DNA of 20,682 bases from Gemmatimonadaceae bacterium (GTDB taxonomy: Bacteria; Gemmatimonadota; Gemmatimonadetes; Gemmatimonadales; Gemmatimonadaceae), in the NCBI GenBank assembly GCA_033763905.1, contig JANRJP010000092.1, positions 1 through 20,682 on the forward strand. Direction: 5' to 3'. A program made the position numbers and the translations under genes. A model generated the notes under the pieces. The model was not told where the DNA came from. It saw only the letters and a program-made list of their open reading frames with translations, and did no database searches. This document shows positions 7,452 to 16,322 of this stretch, piece by piece; within the stretch, counting starts at the first letter, position 1; every line of letters starts with the position of its first letter.

Positions 7452-8324
7452 TCACGCGGGCACGGCGACCCGCTCGCCCTGCGTGGCCCATCCTGCGGCG
7501 GTGTACCACGCGGTGGCGCTCGAGATCAGCGCCGCCTGATGCGTCAACCCGGTAAAAATGTGGTTCGCATCCGGCAGATACTCGACCTGCAACCGGTCGC
7601 CGAACGGCACCGACGAGAACGCATCGCGGTACTGCTCGCGGTAGTTGAAATCGGCGCTGGCCGAGAACGCGAACCACATCCGGATGCCGCGCGCAACGAA
7701 ATCCTGCAGGTCGGTCTCGATCTGGTCGCGTGGCGGGATGACGCGGATGTAGCGCGGCACTTCGGCCTTCACTTCTTCGCTGTCGATCACCATCGCCGGC
7801 CCGCTCGTGCGCTTGTAGCCCGGGAGCCGCACCTTGATCGAATGCGCCCACGCAGCGGGATCCACCAGCTTGGGCGCGACGCGCTTGATGTAGTACTTGG
7901 GCGTGCGGTAGGCCCAAGCGTCGAGCATCGCGAGCCCAACGACGCGCGGCTCGGAGCGGGCGACGAGGTGCGCCATATCGGCGCCGGAGCAGAGGCCGAG
8001 GAGAACGAACTGCCGCGCCCCACGGGTCTCGGTGAGGTAGTCCATCGCCTCGCGCGTCTCGAGCACGGCGGCCTCTTCGAACGACAGCGAATCCTTGCGC
8101 GAGTCGCTGTCACCGATGCCGCTGTAGTCGAGGCGCAGCACCGTGGCGCCCGCGGCGGCCAACGCGCGGGCCGCGTGCACGTGGAAGCGGCACGCCCCGA
8201 CGCGATGCAGAATGCCCGGATTCAGCATGATCACCGCCGGTGCGCCCGCCGTCGGGGTGGGCGCGTCGGTGAGGATACCGGCCAGCGTGGCCGTCTTCCC
8301 GAGTCGTACCGCCTTCTCCTTCAT
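7452..8324 (-). CDS. Alpha/beta hydrolase with Cys nucleophile elbow, resembling exosortase A system-associated hydrolase 1
   Basis: Motifs HRVG, LRLDYSGIGDS, elbow LGLCSGA, and C-terminal DANHIF. ATG 8324 overlaps the upstream TGA (ATGA) and has GGAG 6 nt upstream. Confidence 0.85.
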   Translation of the reverse strand: MKEKAVRLGKTATLAGILTDAPTPTAGAPAVIMLNPGILHRVGACRFHVHAARALAAAGATVLRLDYSGIGDSDSRKDSLSFEEAAVLETREAMDYLTETRGARQFVLLGLCSGADMAHLVARSEPRVVGLAMLDAWAYRTPKYYIKRVAPKLVDPAAWAHSIKVRLPGYKRTSGPAMVIDSEEVKAEVPRYIRVIPPRDQIETDLQDFVARGIRMWFAFSASADFNYREQYRDAFSSVPFGDRLQVEYLPDANHIFTGLTHQAALISSATAWYTAAGWATQGERVAVPA

Positions 8325-9100
8325 TGGCACTCCGTGGTCAGGTCCTGCACGATGGTCTGAATCAGCGCGACCGGAATGAGCGCGGATCCGTTGTCATCCA
8401 CCTCGCCCCAATTGCCGGGGCTCGGCACGATCCGCGTCGTCAACGCGGCACCCGTACGCATCAGCGCCTGGCCGAGCGCCGAGAACTCGGGGAGATCGGC
8501 CGACACCACCATCACCACACGGGCGCGAGTGCTCGGCGGCGCGGTGACGACATCGATGTGCTGCACCTGCTGTCGGAACAACGGCGTCAGCGGGAATCCC
8601 ATCACGCCCACCGTCTCGTTCGCGGTCGGGACGTGGCCCGCCGGCACCTCATCGGCCGCCGTGAGCAGATCGGCGACGTAGCGCGAGCCGTTCACGATCG
8701 GATCCCACAACACCACGTGCGTGACATCCTCGCGCGTTGCGGCGACGTCGAGTGCCGTCGTGGCGCCGAGCCGCAGACCGACGAGCGCCACCTGCTCCAC
8801 ATCGGCCATTGCCTTGAGTTCCTCGATCGCAGCGCCGATGTCTTCGCGCCAATGCGCCAGCGACACGGCGTCGGAGGCGCCGGCGGAATCGCCGGTGGCC
8901 GAGTAGTCGAAGCGGAAGACGTGAAAGCCGGCGCGCGTCAGCAGCGACGCCAACTGCCGAAAGGCGCGGTGCGACCGCATGTACTCCTGACCGAACGGGT
9001 AGCAGCACACGACGCCGGTCCTCTTGGCGACGCGGGCGCGCGGCGGATGATAGACGCCGTACAGCGAACGCTCGGCCGTGCCGAAAAACTGCGGATTCAT
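8321..9100 (-). CDS. Alpha/beta hydrolase-fold protein with GLRLG elbow, resembling exosortase A system-associated hydrolase 2
   Basis: 259 aa. Motifs PFGQEYMRSHR, FRFDYSATGDSAG, LVGLRLGA, LWDPIVNGSRY, VMGFPL. Confidence 0.85.
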   Translation of the reverse strand: MNPQFFGTAERSLYGVYHPPRARVAKRTGVVCCYPFGQEYMRSHRAFRQLASLLTRAGFHVFRFDYSATGDSAGASDAVSLAHWREDIGAAIEELKAMADVEQVALVGLRLGATTALDVAATREDVTHVVLWDPIVNGSRYVADLLTAADEVPAGHVPTANETVGVMGFPLTPLFRQQVQHIDVVTAPPSTRARVVMVVSADLPEFSALGQALMRTGAALTTRIVPSPGNWGEVDDNGSALIPVALIQTIVQDLTTECQ

Positions 9101-9107
9101 TCCGGAC

Positions 9108-12100
9108 TCATCCCTTGCGGCCGAAGGCCTTCATCAGTTTCGTCGCGACGCTGGCACGCTCGGCTGGCTCCTTCTCGGCCGCCGGCACCGACGACGTCGC
9201 CGCCTTCGCGCCGGTGCCGAGTTGCCGATCGCACTCCGCCGCGATCTGCTCCAACGTCTGCAACACCATCATCGCATTGTTGATCTTCACGCCGACCCGC
9301 TTGTCGAGCCGCGTGATCACGCGCACCGCGAGCAGCGAATGCCCGCCGATGTCGAAGAAATTGTCGTGCGCGCCCACCTTGTCGACACCCAGCACTTCCC
9401 GCCAGGTCTCGGCGACCGTGCGTTCCATTTCGGTCCGCGGCGCGACGTAGTCGTCGGCCGCCCCGAACGGATCGGGCAGTGCGCCGCGGTCGATCGCGCC
9501 GTCCGACGTGACCGGCATCGCGTCGAGCGCGACGAAGGTGCCGGGGACGAGACTGTCCGGCACGCGACTCTTCACGAAGCGCCGGAGCTCCGACACCGTC
9601 GCGCGGTGCGCCGCATCTTCCACGTAGTACGCCACCAATCGCACGCTTCCGGCGCGATCCGCACGAGCGAGCGCGACCGCCTGCGCCACCGCGGGATGCT
9701 CCACGAGAATCGCCTCGATCTCGGCGAGCGGCAGGATCGGCTTCGCGATCGACGGTGCCGTGGCTTTCGGCGCGCCGGCGCGCATCGTGGCGACTTGCGT
9801 GACCGCCGGGAACGGGGTCACCAGCACGTGCGGTGCCGGCGCCGACTCCACAATGCGGAGGAAAGCCTCGACGCCTTCGGCCGGCGTCAGCGCCTCCTCG
9901 TAGCCGGCAGGCGCGTTGCCCCCGCGCGGCGTCGGCGGCTCGAACCGCGTGTCATCGCGGCGCGTCCCGGCGCGGCGCGAGGCACCGCCCAGCTGCGCCC
10001 CATCCTGCACCCGCGCCATCAGGAACTCGGTCGCTTCGACCAGCACGCGTCCATCGGGAGCGGCGACGGTGATGTCGAAGGCCACGATCTCGCGCGCGTC
10101 AAACTCCGACTCGCGGAGCCGGACGTGACTGACCACCGTCGCCGGCAAGGCGCCGTGGATGCGCACGCACGCGTACGACATCGGCACGTAGAAGTCCCGC
10201 GTCGGATCGATGCCCGGAATCAGCCCCGCGGCGCCTGCCGTCGCCATATCCAGCACCGCCGGATGCATCGGCCAGGTCGCGAGATCGTCGTGGAAGGCCG
10301 GCGGGAGCTCCAACTGCATCAGGGCTTCGCGCGCGCCATAGGACACGCGACGGATGTTCTTCCAGCGGGGCCCGAAGGCCAATTGCGGATGTTCCCAATC
10401 GGCCGCGTAGTCCACCACCCGCGCGGCGCAGCGCGCCTCGGTGGCGGCGACATCGAGCGGAATCGGCGGCGGGACGTTCACGTAGCCCGCCGCGCCGGTG
10501 ACGTGCTCCTCCCAGCCCCCATCCGCGAGACGGCCCGCAATCGTGAACGATTCATCGCCGCCGCGGCGGAGTGCCAAGCGCAGTTCACGCGGCACGCCGT
10601 TCTCGACCACGAACGGTGCGAGGAAGGCGACGTCCCGCAATTCGATCGGCCGTTCATCCGGCCGCGCCGCCACTGCCGCGCGCACGAGTTCCAGATAGCC
10701 GGTACCGGGCAGCAGCGAGGTGCCGTCCTTCACCCGGTGCTCGTCGAGCACCCAGTGCGTGCTGGTGCTGAGGAGGGCCGAGAACAGCGTCTCACCACCG
10801 ACCTCACCGAGTCGCGTCGACAGCGCGGGATGCCCCGTGGCTGATGACCCGCCGGCATCGCCGCGCGCGAGCGCGGCGGCCATCCCGACGTCCCGCCACG
10901 CCGTCCACCCGATGGCGACGGCGGCTTCACCGGTGCGCCGGCTGCGCGCTTCACAGAAAGCGTCGAGGAAGGCGTTGGCCGCCGCGTAGTCGGCCTGACC
11001 CGGCAGCGCCGCGACGGCAGACACCGACGAGCAGCAGACGAAGAAGTCGAGCGGCGCGTCGCCGATGGCGTGTTCGAGCGCCAGCGTCCCCTGCACCTTC
11101 GGCGCAAGCACCGCGGCCGCGCCAGCACTGGTCTTCATTGCCAGCAGGCCGTCGTCGAGCGTACCCGCGGCGTGCACGATCCCGTGCACCGCGCCGTGCG
11201 CCGCCCGCGCCCGCTCGATCACATCGCGCACCGCGGTCGCGTCGGCGACGTCCGCGGTCGCGAGCATCACCGTGCCGCCTGCCGCCTCGATCGCGCGCAC
11301 CGCGGCAATGCGGCGCGACGTCGCGTCATCAGCGGCGTGGCTCGCGACCCAGGCGTCCCACTGCGCGCGGGCGGGGAGCCCGCTGCGCCCGACGAGGACC
11401 AGCGTTCCCTGCGTCTCCCGCGCGAGGCCTTCGGCGAGTGCCAACCCGATGCCGCCGAGACCGCCGGTCACGACGTAGACGCCGCCGCGCCGCAGTCGAA
11501 CGGGATGCTGCGCATCCCGCGTCAGCGGCGCCGCGTGCCACGTCCGCGTGAATCGATCGTTGCCGCGGATGGCGACCGCCGATTCCGTGACCGGTGCGGC
11601 CAGCTCGCGCAACAGCAGGTTGAGCACCCGCGTCTCAGCCTGCGCATCCGCCGGCCACGCGACATCGATCCCGCGCGACGATACCACCGGGAGTTCACTC
11701 GCAAGCGATGCGGCCGGCGGGAACGCCGTCGCACGCACCGGATCCAGCGCGGACTCGCCCGCCACGGCCCAGGCACCTGCCGTGAGCACGTCGAGCGTCA
11801 GCGGCTCCGACACGTCATCCTTGGCGAGGGCGTGTGAGACGGCAAAGACCGATCCGAACGCTCGCGCCATCCGCTCGTCGGCGTCGACGGTCAGATCGAC
11901 CGGCGCCAGCCCGAACGTGTGCACGATCCGGGTGGGAACGATGCCAGACGCGCGCAGCGCGCCAAGCAGCGATTCGACGTCGTCGGTCGCCGCGGGGCGC
12001 AGGTGCCAGGAGTCCCCGGCCCCACCGAAGCGATCGCTCGACCGCACGGTGACCACGTGATTCCCTGCCGCCCGCAGGCGCTCGGCCAGCCGATCACCAA

Positions 12101-14924
12101 GCGTCCCCGCATCGGCGAAGACCACCGACGTCCCGGACGGGGTGCGTGCATCGAGCGACGCCGCTCGCGACCACGCCGACAACTCACCGAACTGCTGCAC
12201 GTCGGTGCGACGCGCCGCCGGGGCAGACGCCGGCGTGACTGCGGCCGGACGATCAAACCAGTAGTAGGCCCGATCCCAGGGATACGTCGGGAGCGACAGC
12301 TTCGTCCGCGGCGTGCCGCCGTGGAGGGCCTGCCAATCCAGCGCCGCGCCGTTCGCCCACAGGCGACCTGCCACCGTGAGGGCAAACGCGACGTCGTTGG
12401 TGGGATCGTCGGGGTGCCGCATCGACTGCAGCACCGGTTGCGACTTGGTGCGATCGGGATGCTGGCCGGCCAGCGTCGCCAGCGTACGGCCGGGGCCGAC
12501 CTCGAGCAGTACGCGACTCGCATCGCTGAAGAGCTCGCGGACGCCGTCGGAGAATCGCACGGTCCCCCGGAGGTGGCGCACCCAGTACTCGGGGCTCATC
12601 GCCTCGGCGGGCGTGATCCACGTGCCGCTCAGGTTCGACACGAACGGCTTGGTCGGCGCCGAGAAGCGAATCGTCTTCAGGAACGCGAGGAACTCGTCGA
12701 GGATCGGGTCGAGCATCGACGAATGGGCCGCCACTTCGATGTGCACTCGACGGGCGTCGATTTCGTCTGCGGCGAGCGTGCGCTCGAGCGCGTCGATCGC
12801 CGCGACCGGTCCCGAGGCCACGCAGAGCTCGGGCCCGTTGATCGCCGCGATGCTCAGCTCGCTACCCAGATGCGCCGAGAGCGCCTCGGCTGACATCGGC
12901 ACGGAGAGCATCCCGCCCTTGGGCAAGGTCTCGAAGAGCTTGCCGCGCACGTGCACGAGCCGGAGGCCGGACTCGAGCGAGAACACCCCCGCGAAATACG
13001 CCGCGGTGTACTCGCCCATCGAGTGGCCGATCATCACCGAGGGTTCCACGCCCCACGACTTGAGCAGCGTGGCCAGCGCGACCTGCGTGGTGAACAAGGC
13101 CGGCAGCGCAAAGGCCGGCCGCTCGAGCAATGCGTCGGTCTCGGGCGAGCGCCCACCCTGCGGGAAGAGGAGCCCGACCAGATCGCGGCCGAGATGCGGA
13201 TTGATGATGCGCGCGCATTCGTCGACGATGTTCCGATACACGGGCTCGTCGCGATACAGATCCGCACCCATCGTGGCGTACTGCGCGCCACCGCCGGCGA
13301 ACAGGAAGGCGACCTCGCGTGCCGTCTGCGGCGCCGTCGCGGCGGCCGAGACCTTCGCGTCGAAGGCTTCCAGGGCCTGTGCGGCCGACGCGGTATCCCC
13401 AGCGACGACGGCCCGGCGTTCAGCGAACGCCTCGCGTCCGACCTGCAGGGTCCACGCGACGTCGGCGAGAGACTGCGTCGGGTTGGCGCGCAGGTGATCA
13501 GCGAGATTGACCAGCGCGCGATCGGCCGCGTCCGCGGTGCGCGCCGACACCGGCAGCAACTGGAGACGGCGCGAGGCGGGCGGCGCGGGCGCGCGAACCG
13601 GGGCCTCCTGCAGCACGATATGCGCGTTGGTACCGCCGACGCCGAGCGAGCTGATGCCGGCGCGGCGCGGCGTGCCTCGCGTCGTCCACGGGGTGTGCGC
13701 CGCGTTGACGAAGAACGGGCTCGAGGCGAAGTCGATCATCGGGTTCGGCGCCGTGTAGTGCAGGCTCGCGGGCAACTCCCCCGCCTGCATCGACAGCGTC
13801 GTCTTGATCAGACCGGCCACGCCGGCGGCCGTGTCGAGGTGACCGATGTTCGACTTGAGCGAGCCGATCGGAATCGTCTGCACGCCGGTCGCGCCGACCG
13901 AGCGATACGCCTGAGTCAGCGCGGTGACTTCGATCGGGTCACCCACCGGCGTGCCGGTGCCGTGCATCTCGACGTAGCCGATCGAGTCGGCCGGCACATC
14001 GGCGATCGACAGCGCTTCCGCCACGCAGGCGGCCTGCCCGTCCACCGACGGCGCCAGATAGCCGACCTTCGACGAGCCGTCGTTGTTGACGGCGGAACCG
14101 AGGATGATCGCCTGGATCGGATCACCGGCGTCGAGGGCGTCCTGCAGGCGGCGCAGGACCACCACACCAGCGCCCGAACCGAAGATCGTCCCCTTCGACT
14201 GCGCATCGAACGCGCGGCAGTGGCCGTCGGGCGACAGGATCTCGTTCTCCTTGAAGACGTAGCCGACGCCCTGCGGCAATTCGATCGTGACGCCGCCCGC
14301 CAGCGCGAGATCGCACTCGCCCGACAGCAGGCTCTGCGACGCCAAGTGAATGGCGACCAGCGACGTCGAGCAGGCGGTCTGCACGTTGACGCTGGGTCCG
14401 CGCAGGTTGAGGCAGTACGACACGCGCGTGGCGAGGAAGTCCTTGTCGTTGCCGGTGTGGCGGACGAGGAAGAATCCGACCGAGTCCATCAACTGCTGAT
14501 TCGGCGCCAGATGGTACGTGAAGTACGAGTGCATCCCCGCGCCGGCAAAGACGCCGATCGCGCCCTCGAAACGCGACGGCACGATCGCCGCGCGCTCCAA
14601 GGCCTCCCAGCTCACCTCGAGGAAGAGGCGATGCTGCGGATCCATAATGGCGGCGTCCTTCGGGCTGAAACCCCAGAAGCCCGCGTCCCACCAGCCGACT
14701 TCGTCGAGCACCGGGGCGGCCTTCACGTAGTTCGGGTCCTGCAGCTCAGCCGCGCTCACGCCGGCGGCCCGCAGCTCGTCATCGGTCAGGACGCGAACCG
14801 ACTCGACGCCATTGCGCAGGTTCTGCCAGAATTGTTCGAGCGTCCGGGCGCCGGGGAATCGTCCCCCCATCCCGACGATCGCGATTTCGTTGCCGGTGAA
14901 GCTCGGCGAAGAAGAGTCAGCCAT
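9108..14924 (-). CDS. Single-module type I polyketide synthase: KS-AT-KR(with inserted DH)-orphan A-subdomain-PCP
   Basis: KS: EIAIVGMGGRFPGA, VQTACSTS, HGTGT, KSNIGHL. AT: GHSMG, VAAHS. KR: TGGLGGIG, HAAGTLDD, YAAAN. DH: HRVKDGTSLLP, HPAVLD. Carrier: FFDIGGHSLL. ATG 14924 (MADSS...) lies 4 nt after the upstream stop, giving 1938 aa. Confidence 0.95.
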   Translation of the reverse strand: MADSSSPSFTGNEIAIVGMGGRFPGARTLEQFWQNLRNGVESVRVLTDDELRAAGVSAAELQDPNYVKAAPVLDEVGWWDAGFWGFSPKDAAIMDPQHRLFLEVSWEALERAAIVPSRFEGAIGVFAGAGMHSYFTYHLAPNQQLMDSVGFFLVRHTGNDKDFLATRVSYCLNLRGPSVNVQTACSTSLVAIHLASQSLLSGECDLALAGGVTIELPQGVGYVFKENEILSPDGHCRAFDAQSKGTIFGSGAGVVVLRRLQDALDAGDPIQAIILGSAVNNDGSSKVGYLAPSVDGQAACVAEALSIADVPADSIGYVEMHGTGTPVGDPIEVTALTQAYRSVGATGVQTIPIGSLKSNIGHLDTAAGVAGLIKTTLSMQAGELPASLHYTAPNPMIDFASSPFFVNAAHTPWTTRGTPRRAGISSLGVGGTNAHIVLQEAPVRAPAPPASRRLQLLPVSARTADAADRALVNLADHLRANPTQSLADVAWTLQVGREAFAERRAVVAGDTASAAQALEAFDAKVSAAATAPQTAREVAFLFAGGGAQYATMGADLYRDEPVYRNIVDECARIINPHLGRDLVGLLFPQGGRSPETDALLERPAFALPALFTTQVALATLLKSWGVEPSVMIGHSMGEYTAAYFAGVFSLESGLRLVHVRGKLFETLPKGGMLSVPMSAEALSAHLGSELSIAAINGPELCVASGPVAAIDALERTLAADEIDARRVHIEVAAHSSMLDPILDEFLAFLKTIRFSAPTKPFVSNLSGTWITPAEAMSPEYWVRHLRGTVRFSDGVRELFSDASRVLLEVGPGRTLATLAGQHPDRTKSQPVLQSMRHPDDPTNDVAFALTVAGRLWANGAALDWQALHGGTPRTKLSLPTYPWDRAYYWFDRPAAVTPASAPAARRTDVQQFGELSAWSRAASLDARTPSGTSVVFADAGTLGDRLAERLRAAGNHVVTVRSSDRFGGAGDSWHLRPAATDDVESLLGALRASGIVPTRIVHTFGLAPVDLTVDADERMARAFGSVFAVSHALAKDDVSEPLTLDVLTAGAWAVAGESALDPVRATAFPPAASLASELPVVSSRGIDVAWPADAQAETRVLNLLLRELAAPVTESAVAIRGNDRFTRTWHAAPLTRDAQHPVRLRRGGVYVVTGGLGGIGLALAEGLARETQGTLVLVGRSGLPARAQWDAWVASHAADDATSRRIAAVRAIEAAGGTVMLATADVADATAVRDVIERARAAHGAVHGIVHAAGTLDDGLLAMKTSAGAAAVLAPKVQGTLALEHAIGDAPLDFFVCCSSVSAVAALPGQADYAAANAFLDAFCEARSRRTGEAAVAIGWTAWRDVGMAAALARGDAGGSSATGHPALSTRLGEVGGETLFSALLSTSTHWVLDEHRVKDGTSLLPGTGYLELVRAAVAARPDERPIELRDVAFLAPFVVENGVPRELRLALRRGGDESFTIAGRLADGGWEEHVTGAAGYVNVPPPIPLDVAATEARCAARVVDYAADWEHPQLAFGPRWKNIRRVSYGAREALMQLELPPAFHDDLATWPMHPAVLDMATAGAAGLIPGIDPTRDFYVPMSYACVRIHGALPATVVSHVRLRESEFDAREIVAFDITVAAPDGRVLVEATEFLMARVQDGAQLGGASRRAGTRRDDTRFEPPTPRGGNAPAGYEEALTPAEGVEAFLRIVESAPAPHVLVTPFPAVTQVATMRAGAPKATAPSIAKPILPLAEIEAILVEHPAVAQAVALARADRAGSVRLVAYYVEDAAHRATVSELRRFVKSRVPDSLVPGTFVALDAMPVTSDGAIDRGALPDPFGAADDYVAPRTEMERTVAETWREVLGVDKVGAHDNFFDIGGHSLLAVRVITRLDKRVGVKINNAMMVLQTLEQIAAECDRQLGTGAKAATSSVPAAEKEPAERASVATKLMKAFGRKG

Positions 14925-14928
14925 TGAA

Positions 14929-16302
14929 TCAGATCCCGATAATGCGGGAGGAAGTCGCCGGAAAGGCACTGAACGGCGTCGGCATCGGTCGGCCGGCGCT
15001 GTCCGCCAGTACGAGGTCGCCGAGCGAAGTCGCCGGATCGTGCGCCAGCGCGACAAGGTAATCGGCCACCTGCGAAACGAAGGCCGTCGCCCCGCTGTCA
15101 CTCATGCGCCGGCGGTCATACGTCAGCCGGAGCTGGAGCCGCGCCTCGGCGTACGCATAAAGCGTGATCGGCACGCCCGTGCGCTCCATCAGGACGCACC
15201 AGCGATCGACCCACTTGCCGCCACGCAGGCGCATCTCGGCCCCAATCGAATGGGTGTCGAAAATAAGGAGCGCTTCGTAGGCCGGCCGACCGGCGGGCAG
15301 GCCGCACCAGCGCTTGATGTCGGCGAGCGGGGCGTGCTCGTGCGGCGTGGCCTCACGGTACTCGGCGCGCAGCTCCTGCAGCCACGCCCCGGCCGACATC
15401 CCGCGCGGTAGCCGCGCCCGCACGGGCAACACCGTGAGGAAGCAGCCCACGACGGCATCGGCGTCGGGAATCGTCCCGCGACGTCGACCGCGCGCCATTC
15501 CAAACACGACTTCCCGGGCGCGGGGCCCCCCCAGGGTCAGGGCGAAGGCGCCCGACACCAGCGTGCTCATCGGCACACCGATCCGGGTGGCCATCGCACG
15601 AATGGCATCGGAGTCCGCTGCCGTCAGGCGCAACTCGCAGTCGCCCCAGCCTTCCTCCCCCGTCATCGCCTGCAACGGAGCCACGGGCGTCGGCAACTCC
15701 ACGCCGCTCAAGGCACGCTTCCAGTAGGTCTCGTCAGCCGCCGACCCTTCGCGCGCGTCGAGCCACGCCACGAACTCGCGGAACTGCGGCGCACCGGGCA
15801 GCAACGTGTGATCGCCGTGTCCATTGGCGTCGTACACGGCGAAGACCTCGCTCAGCACGCGCCCGAACGAGCGGCCATCGACAATCACGTGCGGGAAGCT
15901 CCACACGAGCCGATGATCGGTTGGGCCGAACCGGTACAGGGTCAGGCGAAGCAACGGATGCTGATCGAGCTCGAAGCCGATCAGTCGATCGTCGGCCAAG
16001 GCCAACGCGAACTCGGCCTCCCGCTGCTCCGGTGCCAGGTCCGAGAGATCGAAGACATCGAGCGGCACCTCCACCGCATCGGCGACAACCAGCGTCGGGC
16101 CACCGGCGCCGTCCCAGCGGAGTGCACCGCGCAACGATTCGTGCCGCGCAATGACCCGCGCCCACGCCGACTCGAGCCGCGGGACATCGATCGCCTCGGG
16201 GAGCACGCACACGATCTGCTCGATGTCCACCCCCTCCTCGGCGCCGCCGAGTCGGTGGTAGAGCATCGCCCGCTGAGTCGCGGTCAGTGGATGCGAGCGC
16301 AT
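14929..16302 (-). CDS. Stand-alone NRPS condensation domain protein
   Basis: 457 aa. Motifs HPLTATQRAMLYH, RHESLRG, PLLRLTL, active site WSFPHVIVDGRS, VGCFLTVLPVR, LTYDRRRMS. No A or carrier domain. Confidence 0.9.
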   Translation of the reverse strand: MRSHPLTATQRAMLYHRLGGAEEGVDIEQIVCVLPEAIDVPRLESAWARVIARHESLRGALRWDGAGGPTLVVADAVEVPLDVFDLSDLAPEQREAEFALALADDRLIGFELDQHPLLRLTLYRFGPTDHRLVWSFPHVIVDGRSFGRVLSEVFAVYDANGHGDHTLLPGAPQFREFVAWLDAREGSAADETYWKRALSGVELPTPVAPLQAMTGEEGWGDCELRLTAADSDAIRAMATRIGVPMSTLVSGAFALTLGGPRAREVVFGMARGRRRGTIPDADAVVGCFLTVLPVRARLPRGMSAGAWLQELRAEYREATPHEHAPLADIKRWCGLPAGRPAYEALLIFDTHSIGAEMRLRGGKWVDRWCVLMERTGVPITLYAYAEARLQLRLTYDRRRMSDSGATAFVSQVADYLVALAHDPATSLGDLVLADSAGRPMPTPFSAFPATSSRIIGI

Positions 16303-16322
16303 ACGCGGCGTGTGCCCCGGCG

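Noticed and set aside
14925..15101. 59-aa N-terminal extension of the PKS in the ORF track
   Set aside because: It overlaps the C-domain gene and is Arg-rich with no motif. ATG 14924 directly follows the upstream stop and precedes the KS start.
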